A DNA stretch of 45,993 bases from Thraustochytrium aureum (taxonomy: Eukaryota): contig BLSG01000257.1 in NCBI GenBank assembly GCA_012862495.1, positions 28,015-74,007 of the forward strand. Reading direction: 5' to 3'. The notes under the pieces were generated by a model, which did not search any database, was not told the DNA's origin, and saw only the letters and a program-made list of their open reading frames with translations. The position numbers and the translations under genes are program-made. This document shows, one piece after another, positions 32,336 to 44,100 of the stretch. The number at the start of each line of letters is the position of its first letter. The first letter of the stretch is position 1.

Positions 32336-33970
32336 ATGGGGATGGGGAAGAGGTACCTGGCTGCTGCGGCAGCGGCTGCGGCCGTCACGTGCGTGAGCGC
32401 CAGCATCCACCCGGTCTCGGAAGACTTGGCGCAGCATTCGGCGCAGAGCTTTATCAAGGATACACCAATGTTTTCTCTCGCGGATAGCCCCGGGTGGATC
32501 GGCGGGCTGGACGAGCCGTACATTGAGGTGCACGGCACGGTTGACACCGGGCCTGAGGACCCCGGCGAAGGCACGGCGGTGATACGCGTGATGCACGCGT
32601 GGAGCGTGATCCCGCCGAGGGTCGCGGATATCGAAGACACGAATAACTACGTGGACTGCGCGCGCGAGCCGGATGTAGCCGACTTTGACGGGTTCGAGTC
32701 GCAGATCGTGCGGGGCGACGGCTCCAACTCGATCAAGTTCTCGACGCGGTTCAACGTGACTGCCACGGCGTGGCACATCACCATTGTCACCAACTGCCGC
32801 GGCTCAGCGATCCACTTTAATGCTGTACGTTGGTTGCTGCTCGCTTGTTGCAGTTTGTTTTGTCGCGCTTGCTCGCTTCTAGAAGGCGCCTGCCGCGCCA
32901 GTCACAGATCGCCCTGCTAACGGCCTCGCTCTCGACCTGGCTGTGGGCCCGCGCAGGATTTCGAGTACCGCAACCCGTACGGCTACCTGAACGGGTGGGC
33001 CTTTGGGATAATGCCCATGAACGGGCTCCTGTGCCTCGCATACGGCGTCCTCGCCCTCGTCTACATCTTCACGACGGTTCGCAACAGGCAGCATGTGCTT
33101 CGCGTGCAGTACGCCATCATCGCCGTGATCATCATGGGCTTTGTGGAGCGCCTCACCTGGTTCCTGACCTACTTGGAAATGAACTCGTCCGGGGGCCGCG
33201 CGTGCTGCCCTGTGCGCGGCGACCTCACCTTCTCGCTCGCCCTCGCCGTTTTCAAGCGCTCGTCCTCTGCGCTGCTCCTCCTGGCGGTGTGCCTCGGCTT
33301 TGGCGTTGTCAAGCCCAAGCTCGAGCGAGCCACCAACTTGCGCATCGTGGCTCTCGGCGTGTTTTACACCTTTGCCTCGCTCAACCTCGAGATCGAGAAG
33401 ATCGAAGACATCTCCAAGTACGGACGACAGACGGACCCGATGTACATGTCTTCGCTCATCGTCTCGATTTGTGACGTGGTCATCCTCTTCTGGATCTACT
33501 ACGCCATCTCGCAGGTCCTCAACGAGCTGCGCGAGGGCAAGCAGCTTGCCAAGCTCGAGCTCTACCAGTCTCTGGCGCGGGCGCTCTTTGCGTGGGTGGT
33601 GATCTGGTTTGTTTTCACTTTCATGGAGGTCCTCGTCTTCCAGGAGAAGGTTACGGTGTCGTGGCGCTATTGGTTTCTGCTCGTTTCGTTCTGGGACATC
33701 TTCTTTCTCGGCATCCTGTTGCAGATCTGTTACCTGTGGGCCCCTTCGCCTCTCACCGCGCAATACGCGTTCAGCCAGCAGCTGCCGACCACGGAAGACC
33801 TGGACGAGTTTGACCAGGTCGGCCTCGAGATGGGCGCGCCCAACACGGCCTCTGAGTTTGTTATCGGGGACGATGAGGAGGAGGAGGACGACGACGACGA
33901 CGAGATCAGCCTCGACGGCGAGCCGAACGGCGACCGCGCAGCCAAGTCTGCCAAGGTTGCAAGTGACTAG
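32336..33970 (+). CDS. GOST seven-transmembrane protein (TMEM87/GPR107/PTM1-like, Lung_7-TM_R); intron 32825-32956
   Basis: Signal peptide; spliced DFEYRNPYGYL; LLLAVCLGFGVVKPKL; KQLAKLELY; ICYLWAPSPLTAQYAFS; acidic tail FVIGDDEEE. Confidence 0.9.
32825..32956 (+). other. Spliceosomal intron
   Basis: GTACGT donor, GCTAAC branch at about 32916, GCAG acceptor; phase 0, in frame. Confidence 0.85.
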
Positions 33971-34745
33971 CTTGCCAAGCGCGCTGTCCCCGCGCGAGCT
34001 GGAGCTCGCTTGGTTGACAGCTAGCTCTACTTGAGCAGAAGGAGTCTGGTTTGTGAGGTCTCAGCTCCACGGTGTAAGCCACGAACAAGAAATACAAACG
34101 CTCGCCTCCTCTCCGCCCGCTCTCTTGCTCAAACCAGGACACGGAGCGCTAAGCGCACCGAAAAGAGCTCCGCGGCTGCCGCGCCAGCGCCGCGTCTCCG
34201 TCCCTCAGCGCAGTCGTTTCGTGCCCTGGCTGGCCTGACGTGACCATTGGGAGCAGGCCCAAACGCAAGCGCNNNNNNNNNNNNNNNNNNNNNNNNNNNN
34301 NNNNNNNNNNNNNNNNNNNNNNNNNNNNNNNNNNNNNNNNNNNNNNNNNNNNNNNNNNNNNNNNNNNNNNNNNNNNNNNNNNNNNNNNNNNNNNNNNNNN
34401 NNNNNNNNNNNNNNNNNNNNNNNNNNNNNNNNNNNNNNNNNNNNNNNNNNNNNNNNNNNNNNNNNNNNNNNNNNNNNNNNNNNNNNNNNNNNNNNNNNNN
34501 NNNNNNNNNNNNNNNNNNNNNNNNNNNNNNNNNNNNNNNNNNNNNNNNNNNNNNNNNNNNNNNNNNNNNNNNNNNNNNNNNNNNNNNNNNNNNNNNNNNN
34601 NNNNNNNNNNNNNNNNNNNNNNNNNNNNNNNNNNNNNNNNNNNNNNNNNNNNNNNNNNNNNNNNNNNNNNNNNNNNNNNNNNNNNNNNNNNNNNNNNNNN
34701 NNNNNNNNNNNNNNNNNNNNNNNNNNNNNNNNNNNNNNNNNNNNN

Positions 34746-36543
34746 GTCGTCACATGCTCTGGCAGCAACAGCGCATATTCGCCCCGGCACTCTCGTTCGG
34801 CTCGGATCATTTACAGCACTTGACGGATCTGGCGCTCGAGCAGGTCGAGTGACTTGGTGGACTGGCCCGAGCGACAGCCAAACCGTGGCGCAGGTTGGCC
34901 CAAGGACCAAGCTTAAAGGTGGTCAGCGAGGAACTGCGCGCGCCCGCAGCTGAGCAGCTCAACGGCCCAGCCCTTGAGAGCCTTGTGCTGACTGTGACCC
35001 TCTCACTTGGCAAATATTGCGAAAAGCCGGCAGCGGATTTGGCGCGATGGCTCGTCGCCGCGCAAGCGAACGCTGCTTCCGGCGTGCCCTACGCCCGCGG
35101 CGCGCTAGTCTATGGACGCTCGGGCGTTGGCAAAAGCGAGATCGTGCGGTGCCTATTAGCCGAGGCCCGCTGCCAAGTCATAGAGCTCGCCGCCCAGGAC
35201 CTCTTCCGCAGTGAAAGCGGCCAAGGCGAGCTCGCGCTGCTGGCAAGCCTCCAGGGCGAACCGGCGCACAGCGCTTGCCCTGTGAGGGTCGCCGTGATTG
35301 AGAGCATCGAGCTCGCGTCCGGTCGGATGGGCAAGATCTTGGCAGCGGCCATCGACAGCGCGGTGCAGCGTAGCGGGCTCATAGTCGTCGCGATTTCCGG
35401 GGCACTGGAACATGTGGACGCTGCGCTCGTCCACCCGAGGCGGCTCGGTACCCTTATCGAGGTGCGCGCGCCGGTCGGCCTTGAGGAACGGCGCGATCTA
35501 GCGCAAATAGTTTTAGCCAAGCACTGCGTCGGCGTCGGCACTGGCGCGAGTGCGGCGCTGGCAACAGAGCTCGCGCAGCGTGCAAACGGCCTCGTTCCAG
35601 CTGAGCTCGACGCCGTGGCGGCCGACCTGGCGCTTTGGCCGGGCGACCTCGACGGCGCGCTGTCGCACGTGCGCAGTGCAGCGCTCAAGAGCGACAAAGT
35701 CGCTGTCTTGCGCAGCGGCGCCGGTGGTGGGGAGCCCTTGGGCGGGCTTGGCCAGGAATTGGCGCAGCTTCACACCAGCCTCGTGTTGCCCCTCGCCGAG
35801 CCGGAGCTGTTGCGGGCGGTTGGTCTCTCGCGGGGGCCGCGGGGGATCCTGTTGCACGGCCCGTCGGGGAACGGCAAGACGGCGCTCGCGCGCCACGTCG
35901 CGGAATTGGTGGATCGGCGCGGCCTGGCAAACGTGATTGCTGTACAGTGCAGCGACCTGATCGCAAAGGTGGTCGGCGCCTCAGAGGCAGCCGTGCTTGA
36001 GGTGTTTGCCCAGGCGCGAGCTGCTGCGCCGTGCGTGCTGTTCCTCGACCAGCTCGAGGCGGTCGCGCCTCGGCGAGGGTTTGACTCGTCTTCGGAACAG
36101 ACTATGGACCGCGTCCTGAGCTGCTTGCTTACTGAAATGGACGGCATCCAGGCCAAGGGCGGGCTGCCCAACGCCGCGCCGGTGGTCGTCCTAGCGGCAA
36201 CAGACTCGCGAGACAAGCTGGACCCGGCCATCTTGCGGCCAGGTCGCTTCGACAAGCATGTTTCGTGGGCCCGCCAGAGGCCGCAACGGAGCGCGTGGCC
36301 GTGCTTGAGGCAGTGCTTGCAGACGCCCCGTTTGCCAGCGTGGACGGGCGCCAGGAATTCCTCCGTCGCGCGGCTGAGGCAACGCACGGACTGTCCCGAG
36401 CAGCAGTTGCGGGCCTTGGGCGCGAAGCCGCGATGGCCGCGCTCCGAGCGGACATGGGGGGCGCCCTGCTTGGGCCAGAGCATGTGGACATGGCCCTAGC
36501 CTCTCTGCGCGCGCAGTCATCTCGAGGCAATGGCAACCTGTGA
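34746..36543 (+). CDS. CDC48/AFG2-family tandem AAA+ protein with degenerate Walker B motifs; 5' end in gap; apparent frameshifts at 34915-34917 and 36261-36263
   Basis: D1 GALVYGRSGVGKS; D2 GILLHGPSGNGKT, KVVGASE, APCVLFLDQLE, RVLSCLLTEMDGI, LDPAILRPGRFD; lid THGLSRAAVAGLGREAAM after frame repair. Confidence 0.85.
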
Positions 36544-36660
36544 ATAACGCAACGATTTCATGGAGCCCTCATGGGGGCGCTCTCGGTGACTTTGGATTGT
36601 TTGTTGGGTCGCGCTGCGGACTCTAGAGGGCGTCGGCCAAGAGCGGCTGCGCTTGCGCTT

Positions 36661-37361
36661 CTATGCACCTCGGGAAAATACCATCATGTAGTTCTCGCGC
36701 ATGCCGACCTCGGGTTCGTCCACAAGCACAAAACCGGCCGACTCGATCTCGGCGCGAAAGGTGGCCTGGTCGGCGCGAACGTGACGCTCCACCCAGCCGC
36801 GAGGGCGCGTGTGGATTTTGTCACTGTCGCGGTGAAAGTCGATCACAACAAGGACGCCGCCCGGGCGGAGCGCGCGAGCACACTCCTTCATCACTACAAC
36901 AGGGAACGTGAGGTGGTGATACACGTCCGAGACCAGAACGAGATCGGCGCAGGCGTCCGGGACGGCGACCTTGTCCTCGGGGCTGTGCACCACTTTGACG
37001 ACTTTAGCGAGGGCCTCGTCAGCAGCCTTTTTCGACTCGAGCAGAGCGCAAAACGCCTCCGAGACCTCGCAGGCGAAAATCGTTCCGGAGGGCCCGACGA
37101 CTTCGGTCACAGGCTTGAGGAACAGCCCGGTGCCGGCGCCGAGGTCCACCATGGCCGCGCCCTCCTTGAGGCCGTGCTTCCGTAGCTCGGCCACAATAGC
37201 CTGCACGTGAGCCGCGATGTCGCGCTTTTCTGGATCCTCAAACATGCCCTTGCCCTTCCCGAACACCTCGTCGAGCTTGTCCGCTTCCTCCGAGCCCTTC
37301 AAAACATGGCGTTGAGCCCTTCCGGGTACTCCTCCTTGTCATACTCAGCTCGGCCGTCCAT
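36661..37361 (-). CDS. Class I SAM-dependent methyltransferase; probable ATG at 37361 with apparent frameshift at 37301-37304
   Basis: Motif I VDLGAGTGLF, DLVLVSDVYHH, RALRPGGVLVVIDF; repaired N-terminus MDGRAEYDKEEYPEGLNAMFLKG. Confidence 0.85.
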
Positions 37362-37639
37362 CGCGCCGTTCCCGTTCCCGCCTGGTCACTCTTCGCTCTC
37401 CGTCGGCCCGGGTTTGCGCACTGCCTCAGCCCCAGCGCGCGGCATCGTCGCCCCCATCGGGCCATTCCGCGACTACCCCGTCCAATTCCCCGCCGCTCTC
37501 CGCCGAGCCGCGCGTCGGACAGCAACCGCCGGGCTCTCCGCAGCGCGTAGGGCCGCGGCGTGGACCAGCGGCCTCCCCCGCCGCCTGCTCGCCGTTCCCG
37601 CCGCAGTCGGGCGCCATGACGGACGGCTGAACGCCATGG

Positions 37640-38878
37640 ATGGGCGCCATGGACGCCATCGTCGACGCCGCCATGGACAGACGGATGNNNNNNNNNNNNN
37701 NNNNNNNNNNNNNNNNNNNNNNNNNNNNNNNNNNNNNNNNNNNNNNNNNNNNNNNNNNNNNNNNNNNNNNNNNNNNNNNNNNNNNNNNNNNNNNNNNNNN
37801 NNNNNNNNNNNNNNNNNNNNNNNNNNNNNNNNNNNNNNNNNNNNNNNNNNNNNNNNNNNNNNNNNNNNNNNNNNNNNNNNNNNNNNNNNNNNNNNNNNNN
37901 NNNNNNNNNNNNNNNNNNNNNNNNNNNNNNNNNNNNNNNNNNNNNNNNNNNNNNNNNNNNNNNNNNNNNNNNNNNNNNNNNNNNNNNNNNNCGTTCGTTG
38001 ATGCGGAGAGCACGGTGGAGGAGCTGCTCGGTCTGCGCTCGCGCGACTCGGGAAATGCTGGCGCGGCGCGCGGCGACGCGGGACCTGGCGAGCTGGCTGT
38101 CGAGACGATGGCGAGCAAGGCCACGCAGACGAACGGCGCCAGGGGCCCGGAGCAGAGCGTGCTGAAGCAGGGCGTGCCGGCGGCGGAGCGGAGCCCCCCG
38201 CGATCGCGCAAGGACGGTCGCAGCATGGCCCGAGCAGAAAGACCTGCGAGGCACACGGCTGCGCCTCAACCCAGGGCGTGCGCGGGCAAACCCGAGCGTC
38301 CTGCCTCGGGCCCTGCTAAGAAGACCAACGAGCCCGCGCCCCGGAGGCGATGGGACACCAGCCAGCGCGCTTTTGTGAAGCAACCGTGCCTCTCTCGAAG
38401 CGCCGCTCCGAAAGCTGCAACCGTAGCCCACAGGCGCGCCGAGCAGCCCACCGGCCTGCGCGGGCCCAGGTACGAGCGCGGGATCCTAGAAACCTTGGAC
38501 GCGCTCTGCGAAGACCCGGTTGTGATGAGCTTTTTGCCGGAGGAAGCCCTCGAGGTGGCTCCGCCTCCATCCGTGCACTGCAGCCTTGCCAGGGCCGCTG
38601 CGAGCGCCGCCGCCTTGCGCCGCACCAGCGCATCGGGCGAGCGGGCTGGCACTGGCCGGCTTGGCGAGGTCGGCATGTTGGGGGAATTCTTCCGCAATAT
38701 GTGGGGCGGCCCTGCGGAGGCGCCGCTCATTTCTCCGACGAGCAGTGTGTGCGAGGAAGACGAGCGAGCGGCACGCGCGGCGAAGGAAGAGCTGCTGGCT
38801 GGCTTGCGGGCTCTGGACGCGGACCTCGATTCTGTCGAGTCGTCCAGCTCTTCGTCTGCTGCCTCAGCTCCAACATGA
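37640..38878 (+). CDS. Hypothetical low-complexity protein, with gap 37688-37991
   Basis: Open frame from 37992 to the stop at 38878 with GC-rich coding-like codon use; no recognisable domain; start uncertain. Confidence 0.5.
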   Translation: MGAMDAIVDAAMDRRMXXXXXXXXXXXXXXXXXXXXXXXXXXXXXXXXXXXXXXXXXXXXXXXXXXXXXXXXXXXXXXXXXXXXXXXXXXXXXXXXXXXXXXXXXXXXXXXXXXXXXXFVDAESTVEELLGLRSRDSGNAGAARGDAGPGELAVETMASKATQTNGARGPEQSVLKQGVPAAERSPPRSRKDGRSMARAERPARHTAAPQPRACAGKPERPASGPAKKTNEPAPRRRWDTSQRAFVKQPCLSRSAAPKAATVAHRRAEQPTGLRGPRYERGILETLDALCEDPVVMSFLPEEALEVAPPPSVHCSLARAAASAAALRRTSASGERAGTGRLGEVGMLGEFFRNMWGGPAEAPLISPTSSVCEEDERAARAAKEELLAGLRALDADLDSVESSSSSSAASAPT

Positions 38879-39076
38879 CGTACCGGTAGGTAGTTTCTTC
38901 GGTTGCAAAGAGCGATTTTTTTTCTTCTTGTCTGTATTCAGAGCCTTTACGGGGCCGAACGGGGCGAGAGCAAGCGAGACCCTGCGGCGCGCTCGTCGCG
39001 TACGTTGCAGCAACGGTCGGAACCCAGCGGGAGCTCGGGCTCTTTGTGCAGCAAAAGCTGCTGGTCTGAAGCTACA

Positions 39077-40743
39077 CTAGTGCGGCTGGTTGGGGACCAC
39101 CCACGAGCAGGCGGACTCGAGCAGCATGTTGCCCGCCTCGCCGTCCTCGCCGCGGCACACCTTGAAGAACCCGCCGTCGCCGAAGGCGGTCGACCACGAG
39201 TTGCGCACGAGCCAGTACTTTTTGCCCTCGGGCGTCTCGCCGTACCCAACGATCGACACGTCGTGCGTGATTTCCCATTTCTCGGGCGGGGTGTCGCGGT
39301 CGCAGATGATCGAGTCGCCCACGAAGAACTCATCGAGCGCGGGCGGAGTCGCAATGCCGCAATCGATGGGCCCGCGAGCAACGATCTCGTTCATCATGTT
39401 GACCTCGCCGTTGACGTCGCCCCACTCCTTGGCCGAGTACACCTTGAAGCGTGAGCGCTCGACCTGGCGGCACTCGCCCTTCGCATCGCACTCCTTGCAG
39501 GCGGCCCCGTGGTTGACGCAAGTCTGCTCGCCGGCCACCCACACATTGCACGTCTCGTCGACGGTGCCGTACTTTTGGAAGTGCGGAAACACGTCGTTGG
39601 CGTCGCCGCCGTCGCAGCCGGTGGAGTGGGGTCCGCGCACGCAGTCGACTGTTGTCTGGGGGGAGACGAAAATGTCGGACGCGTTCGGGCCGCCGCGCAT
39701 CAGCTTGAGCCGGTCCGAGAACGCCGAGGCGCTCGCCATGGACCAGCAGGCGCCGCAGTAGCCGGGTCCGTTGTGGTGGCTTTGCACTGGCGTCACCGAG
39801 GAGAGCCCGTCCCGCTGGACCCAGGAGAACGACTTGGGCAGCTCCGAGCGCGCCAGTTGCCGCGGCGGGGGCGTGAGGACGAGCTCGGACCGGAGCCGCG
39901 GGGCGGCCCGGTGCGTGCGCTTTGAACCCTCAAACCTGGGCTGGCCGCCGAGAAGCGCAAGGGGGGCGCTTTCCTCGGCGCGCTCCCGCACTACGCTCGT
40001 GTCCTTGTAGTGGTAAGGGGTGCCAACCTGGGCTGCCCAGCACTCGCGCAGCTCGCTGGCCGCAACCTTGCCGAACCCTTCGTCCTCGTACGCGACGCCC
40101 AGGTCGAACTTGACGTGCATCACGGCGTGGTTGCCTGCATAGCCCACCACGACGCCAAAGCGGCCGTCGTGCAGCTCGCAGGCGACCGGGCCGTTTGCGC
40201 GCACCTCACGGGCGATGACCTGCGGGTCGGAGGCGTCGAGGCGGCTGTACGCCTTGACCGGGTACCTGATGTACTCGGGGCGGGCCTCGCACTTGCCCGG
40301 CAGGCAGTTGACGCACGTGTTGATGGGGGAGCAGGCTTCCTTGTCGCCGCGGAACCCGATGCAGGTCCGGTCGGGCACGCCGAGCGAGTCGGTCATGTAG
40401 CGGAGAGCCACGTCGATCGTCCGCCGCTCGGCGCAGGGGTTGACGCCCTCCAGGCAGTTGAAGATGACCTGGTCCGAAAGCGCCACCTTGGGCGCCGCGG
40501 GCTGCTTGATCGCGAGCCGGTCGGCCACCATCGCAGTCGCCGCGAACACCCAGCCCGCCTCTGCGCAGGGCTTGCCTGGCATGCCCATGTAGTTGCGCAC
40601 AGCAGTCACCGTCCATCCAAGGTGCGACTGCCTCCAGTCAAACGCGCCATCCGCGCTCGCTGCCGCCGCCAGCTCCTCTGCCAGCGCGCAGCTCGCCAGC
40701 ACGCCAGCGAGGGCCGCAACAACAACGCCGCGGAAAGCCCCAT
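39077..40743 (-). CDS. Secreted tandem papain-family (C1A) cathepsin X/Z-like protease; N-terminal domain degenerate, C-terminal domain intact
   Basis: Domain 2: LPKSFSW...PGYCGACW...SDRLK, CDGGD, HDVSIVGYG, YWLVRNSW. Domain 1: FDWR...CAEAGWVFA...DRL, GPVAC. Signal peptide from ATG 40743 after adding one G at 40738-40741. Confidence 0.88.
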
Positions 40744-41172
40744 TTTTCCTGTTCAACCAAGCCCGTCAACCAAAACCCAGGCGCGCAGGCCGNNNNNNNN
40801 NNNNNNNNNNNNNNNNNNNNNNNNNNNNNNNNNNNNNNNNNNNNNNNNNNNNNNNNNNNNNNNNNNNNNNNNNNNNNNNNNNNNNNNNNNNNNNNNNNNN
40901 NNNNNNNNNNNNNNNNNNNNNNNNNNNNNNNNNNNNNNNNNNNNNNNNNNNNNNNNNNNNNNNNNNNNNNNNNNNNNNNNNNNNNNNNNNNNNNNNNNNN
41001 NNNNNNNNNNNNNNNNNNNNNNNNNNNNNNNNNNNNNNNNNNNNNNNNNNNNNNNNNNNNNNNNNNNNNNNNNNNNNNNNNNNNNNNNNNNNNNNNNNNN
41101 NNNNNNNNNNNNNNNNNNNNNNNNNNNNNNNNNNNNNNNNNNNNNNNNNNNNNNNNNNNNNNNNNNNNNNNN

Positions 41173-44100
41173 GCGTGATGACGAGGACCGCAACTTTGCT
41201 GAGGATCGAGAACGCCACGTTTTGCACGATCTTGCGAAAACAAAGGCGCCCCAAGCGCACCGCTTTGACCAGCATCAGCAAGTCGTCCTGCATGAGCGCC
41301 ACGTCGGCGGCCTCGAGCGCCGCAGGCGACCCAATGCAGCCCAGAGACACCGAAACGTCCGCCGCAGCAAAGCTCGGCGCGTCGTTCACACCGTCGCCCA
41401 CCATGCCGACCACCTTGCGAGGCGCCTTGGCCTTGATCGACCGGACATGCTCGACTTTGTCACTGGGGAGGAGTCCGGCAAACATGACGCTCACGCCGAC
41501 CTGCCGCGCGACACACTGCGCCGAGCCAGCGTTGTCGCCGGTTAGCATGACCACCTCGATCCCGAGGTCGCCGAGCTGCTGGACGGCCTGTTTTGGCCTC
41601 GGGCCGGAGCGTGTCGCCCACGCTGTAGATTGCGCGAGGCACGCCGCCGAGCCCGATCCACCCCGCCGTTGCGCCCTCCGCCTCCCAGGCTGCTACTTGC
41701 TCGGCGATCGCCGGGAAGCCGGCCGTCCAGCCGTTCGCCGCGGCGAGCGCGCTGTTGCCGATGAGCAGGTCCACCATTGTGGTCTCGCTTTCATCTGGCC
41801 CTGACGCGGCCACTTCGCTCGCCCCTTCGCCAGCATGGGCTTCAGCCTTCTCAGAGCAGTGGCACGACTCGGGCCGCCGCTCAAACGTGGCGCGGATGCC
41901 CTGACCCGCGATGATCTCGACACTTTCAAGGACATGGAACGCCGCGCCGTCCGCCAAGAGCCTCGGCTGGGCGCCCTCACAGAGGGCTGTTGCGAGCGGA
42001 TGCGGCGAGCCGCGCTCTGCAGCATAGACCATGTCCCAGAACTCGTCACCGACGGTGCGCGCCCCGTCGTTGGGCCCGAGGTCCACCAGCTCGCGCAGCT
42101 CAAACCGGCCCTGCGTAAGCGTCCCGGTCTTATCCACGCAAAGCGTGCTGAGGTGGGCCAGCGACTCGAGGTGCCGCCCGCCCTTGATCATGATGCCTTT
42201 GCGAGCGGCGTGGGCAAGGCCGCAAACGTAGGTGATGGGCGTCGAGATGACCAGTGCGCAAGGGCAGGCCACAACGAGCAGGACCAGCGCCGTCTTGGCG
42301 TACTCGCGGCCCTTTTCAGGGCCCCACGCCCATGGCACGGTTGCCATTAGGAGTGCTGCGACAAAGATCAGCGGAGTGTAGATCTGGGCCACTCGCTCGA
42401 TGAGCTGCTGGGACGGAGCGCGCGCGGCGTTGGCCTCCTCGATCAGCCGGATCATCCTGCTCACCGACGAGTCTTCGTGAGCTGTGGTGGTCTCCATCTC
42501 GACGTACCCGCCAACGTTGATGGTGCCGGCAGAGACCGCGGAGCCGAGGTCCTTCCGCACGGGGCGCGATTCGCCAGTCAGCGCGCTCTCATCTGCAAAG
42601 GTGTCTCCTTGAACGAGCGTGCCGTCGAGGGGGAACGCCTGCCCTTCGCGGACGGCGAGGCGCGTTCCGACTGGGACCTTGTCGGCCGCGATAATGTCGC
42701 CGGCAAACTTGCCCTGCGCCTCCAACGCATCGTTTCCGCCCGCAAGCACCGCAGTCTCCGGCCGCAGCGCAAGCATCTCGTTGATCGCCACCCTGATGCT
42801 ATGGGTTGCTCTCGACTCCAGCCAGTCGCTGAGCGAAAAGAGCGTGACGACGGCGGCGGCCTCTGGGATCTCGCCCAGGCCTACGGCGCCGATGACTGCA
42901 AGGCTCATGAGGATGTTTATGTCCAGCTGGAGCTCGCGCAGGCGGAGCACTGCGCGCCAAGCGATCGGGGGCAAGCACAGGGCTACCGAGCCCAGCGCGA
43001 CGTACTTGAGGTTGTCCACCCAGGGCGGCGACTCGATGTAATGAAGCAGCGAAACACCCCNNNNNNNNNNNNNNNNNNNNNNNNNNNNNNNNNNNNNNNN
43101 NNNNNNNNNNNNNNNNNNNNNNNNNNNNNNNNNNNNNNNNNNNNNNNAGCACACGACCGCAAGTACCACGGTCGGGTGTGGACACTTGTGCGTTTCAAGC
43201 CGGGCAGCCCCACCAAACTGAGCGCATCATCGAGCTGGCTTCCCCCGTTGCCTACCACGCCGACTTTGGCTCCGCCCGACTCGGGCTGGATTGGCACCGC
43301 CTTGCGCAGTGCCATCGCATCCAAGCCCTGGTCGTTTATCGTCTTGACGAGCTTGTCGCTGCTTGTCAACGCAGCATCATGCTTGACCTGCACAGTCTTC
43401 ATCACGACGTTAATGCGCACCGTTCCCACGCCGGCCAAAGGGCTGAGGACAGCGTCGACCACGCGAGCTTCGCTTGCACAGCAGAGCCCGTTGACGCGGA
43501 TCAAGGTCGTCTGAAGACCGGATTTGTTCGACGTGGCCTCGGACTGCTGCGCGGCACCATCGTGAATGGTTCGCGCGCTAACCTTGTGCTCGTTCAAGTC
43601 GCGCACCAACGTCTGGCAGGACACGACGCCGCTATCGTGCTCGACGGTCAGCGTCCGTGCCTTGTCGTTCCACAGCAGCGACAGCACGCCGCGCACATCG
43701 GCTAGCGAAGACTTGACCTGGGCCACCTTGACGTCGCAGCACACGCCGCTCACGCGAATATCGCTTCGCACCCGCCGCTCTGCGAGGTCACGGCTCAGGC
43801 TGTCTTTGGGCACCACCACAAAGTTGCACTCGAGGCACCTGCCCAACAAGCACTTGCAAACGCTCTTTTCTGGGCAGGCTCCGCAGCAGGCGTTGCTCAC
43901 GCTGACCTCGTGATGGTCATCGCAGCAACTCTTCCCACCGCAACGAGCCGCTTTGTTCGGCCCTTTCTCGGAGGAGCAACAGTGCTTGCCAGCGCAAGGA
44001 GCCTTCCGCGCTTCGGTAGTCGTTGGCGCGCAGCAGCTCTCCCCAGTGCAGCTAGTTGCTTTGCCCCGATGCGCCGCTTCATTCTCATGGTGCCGGCAGC

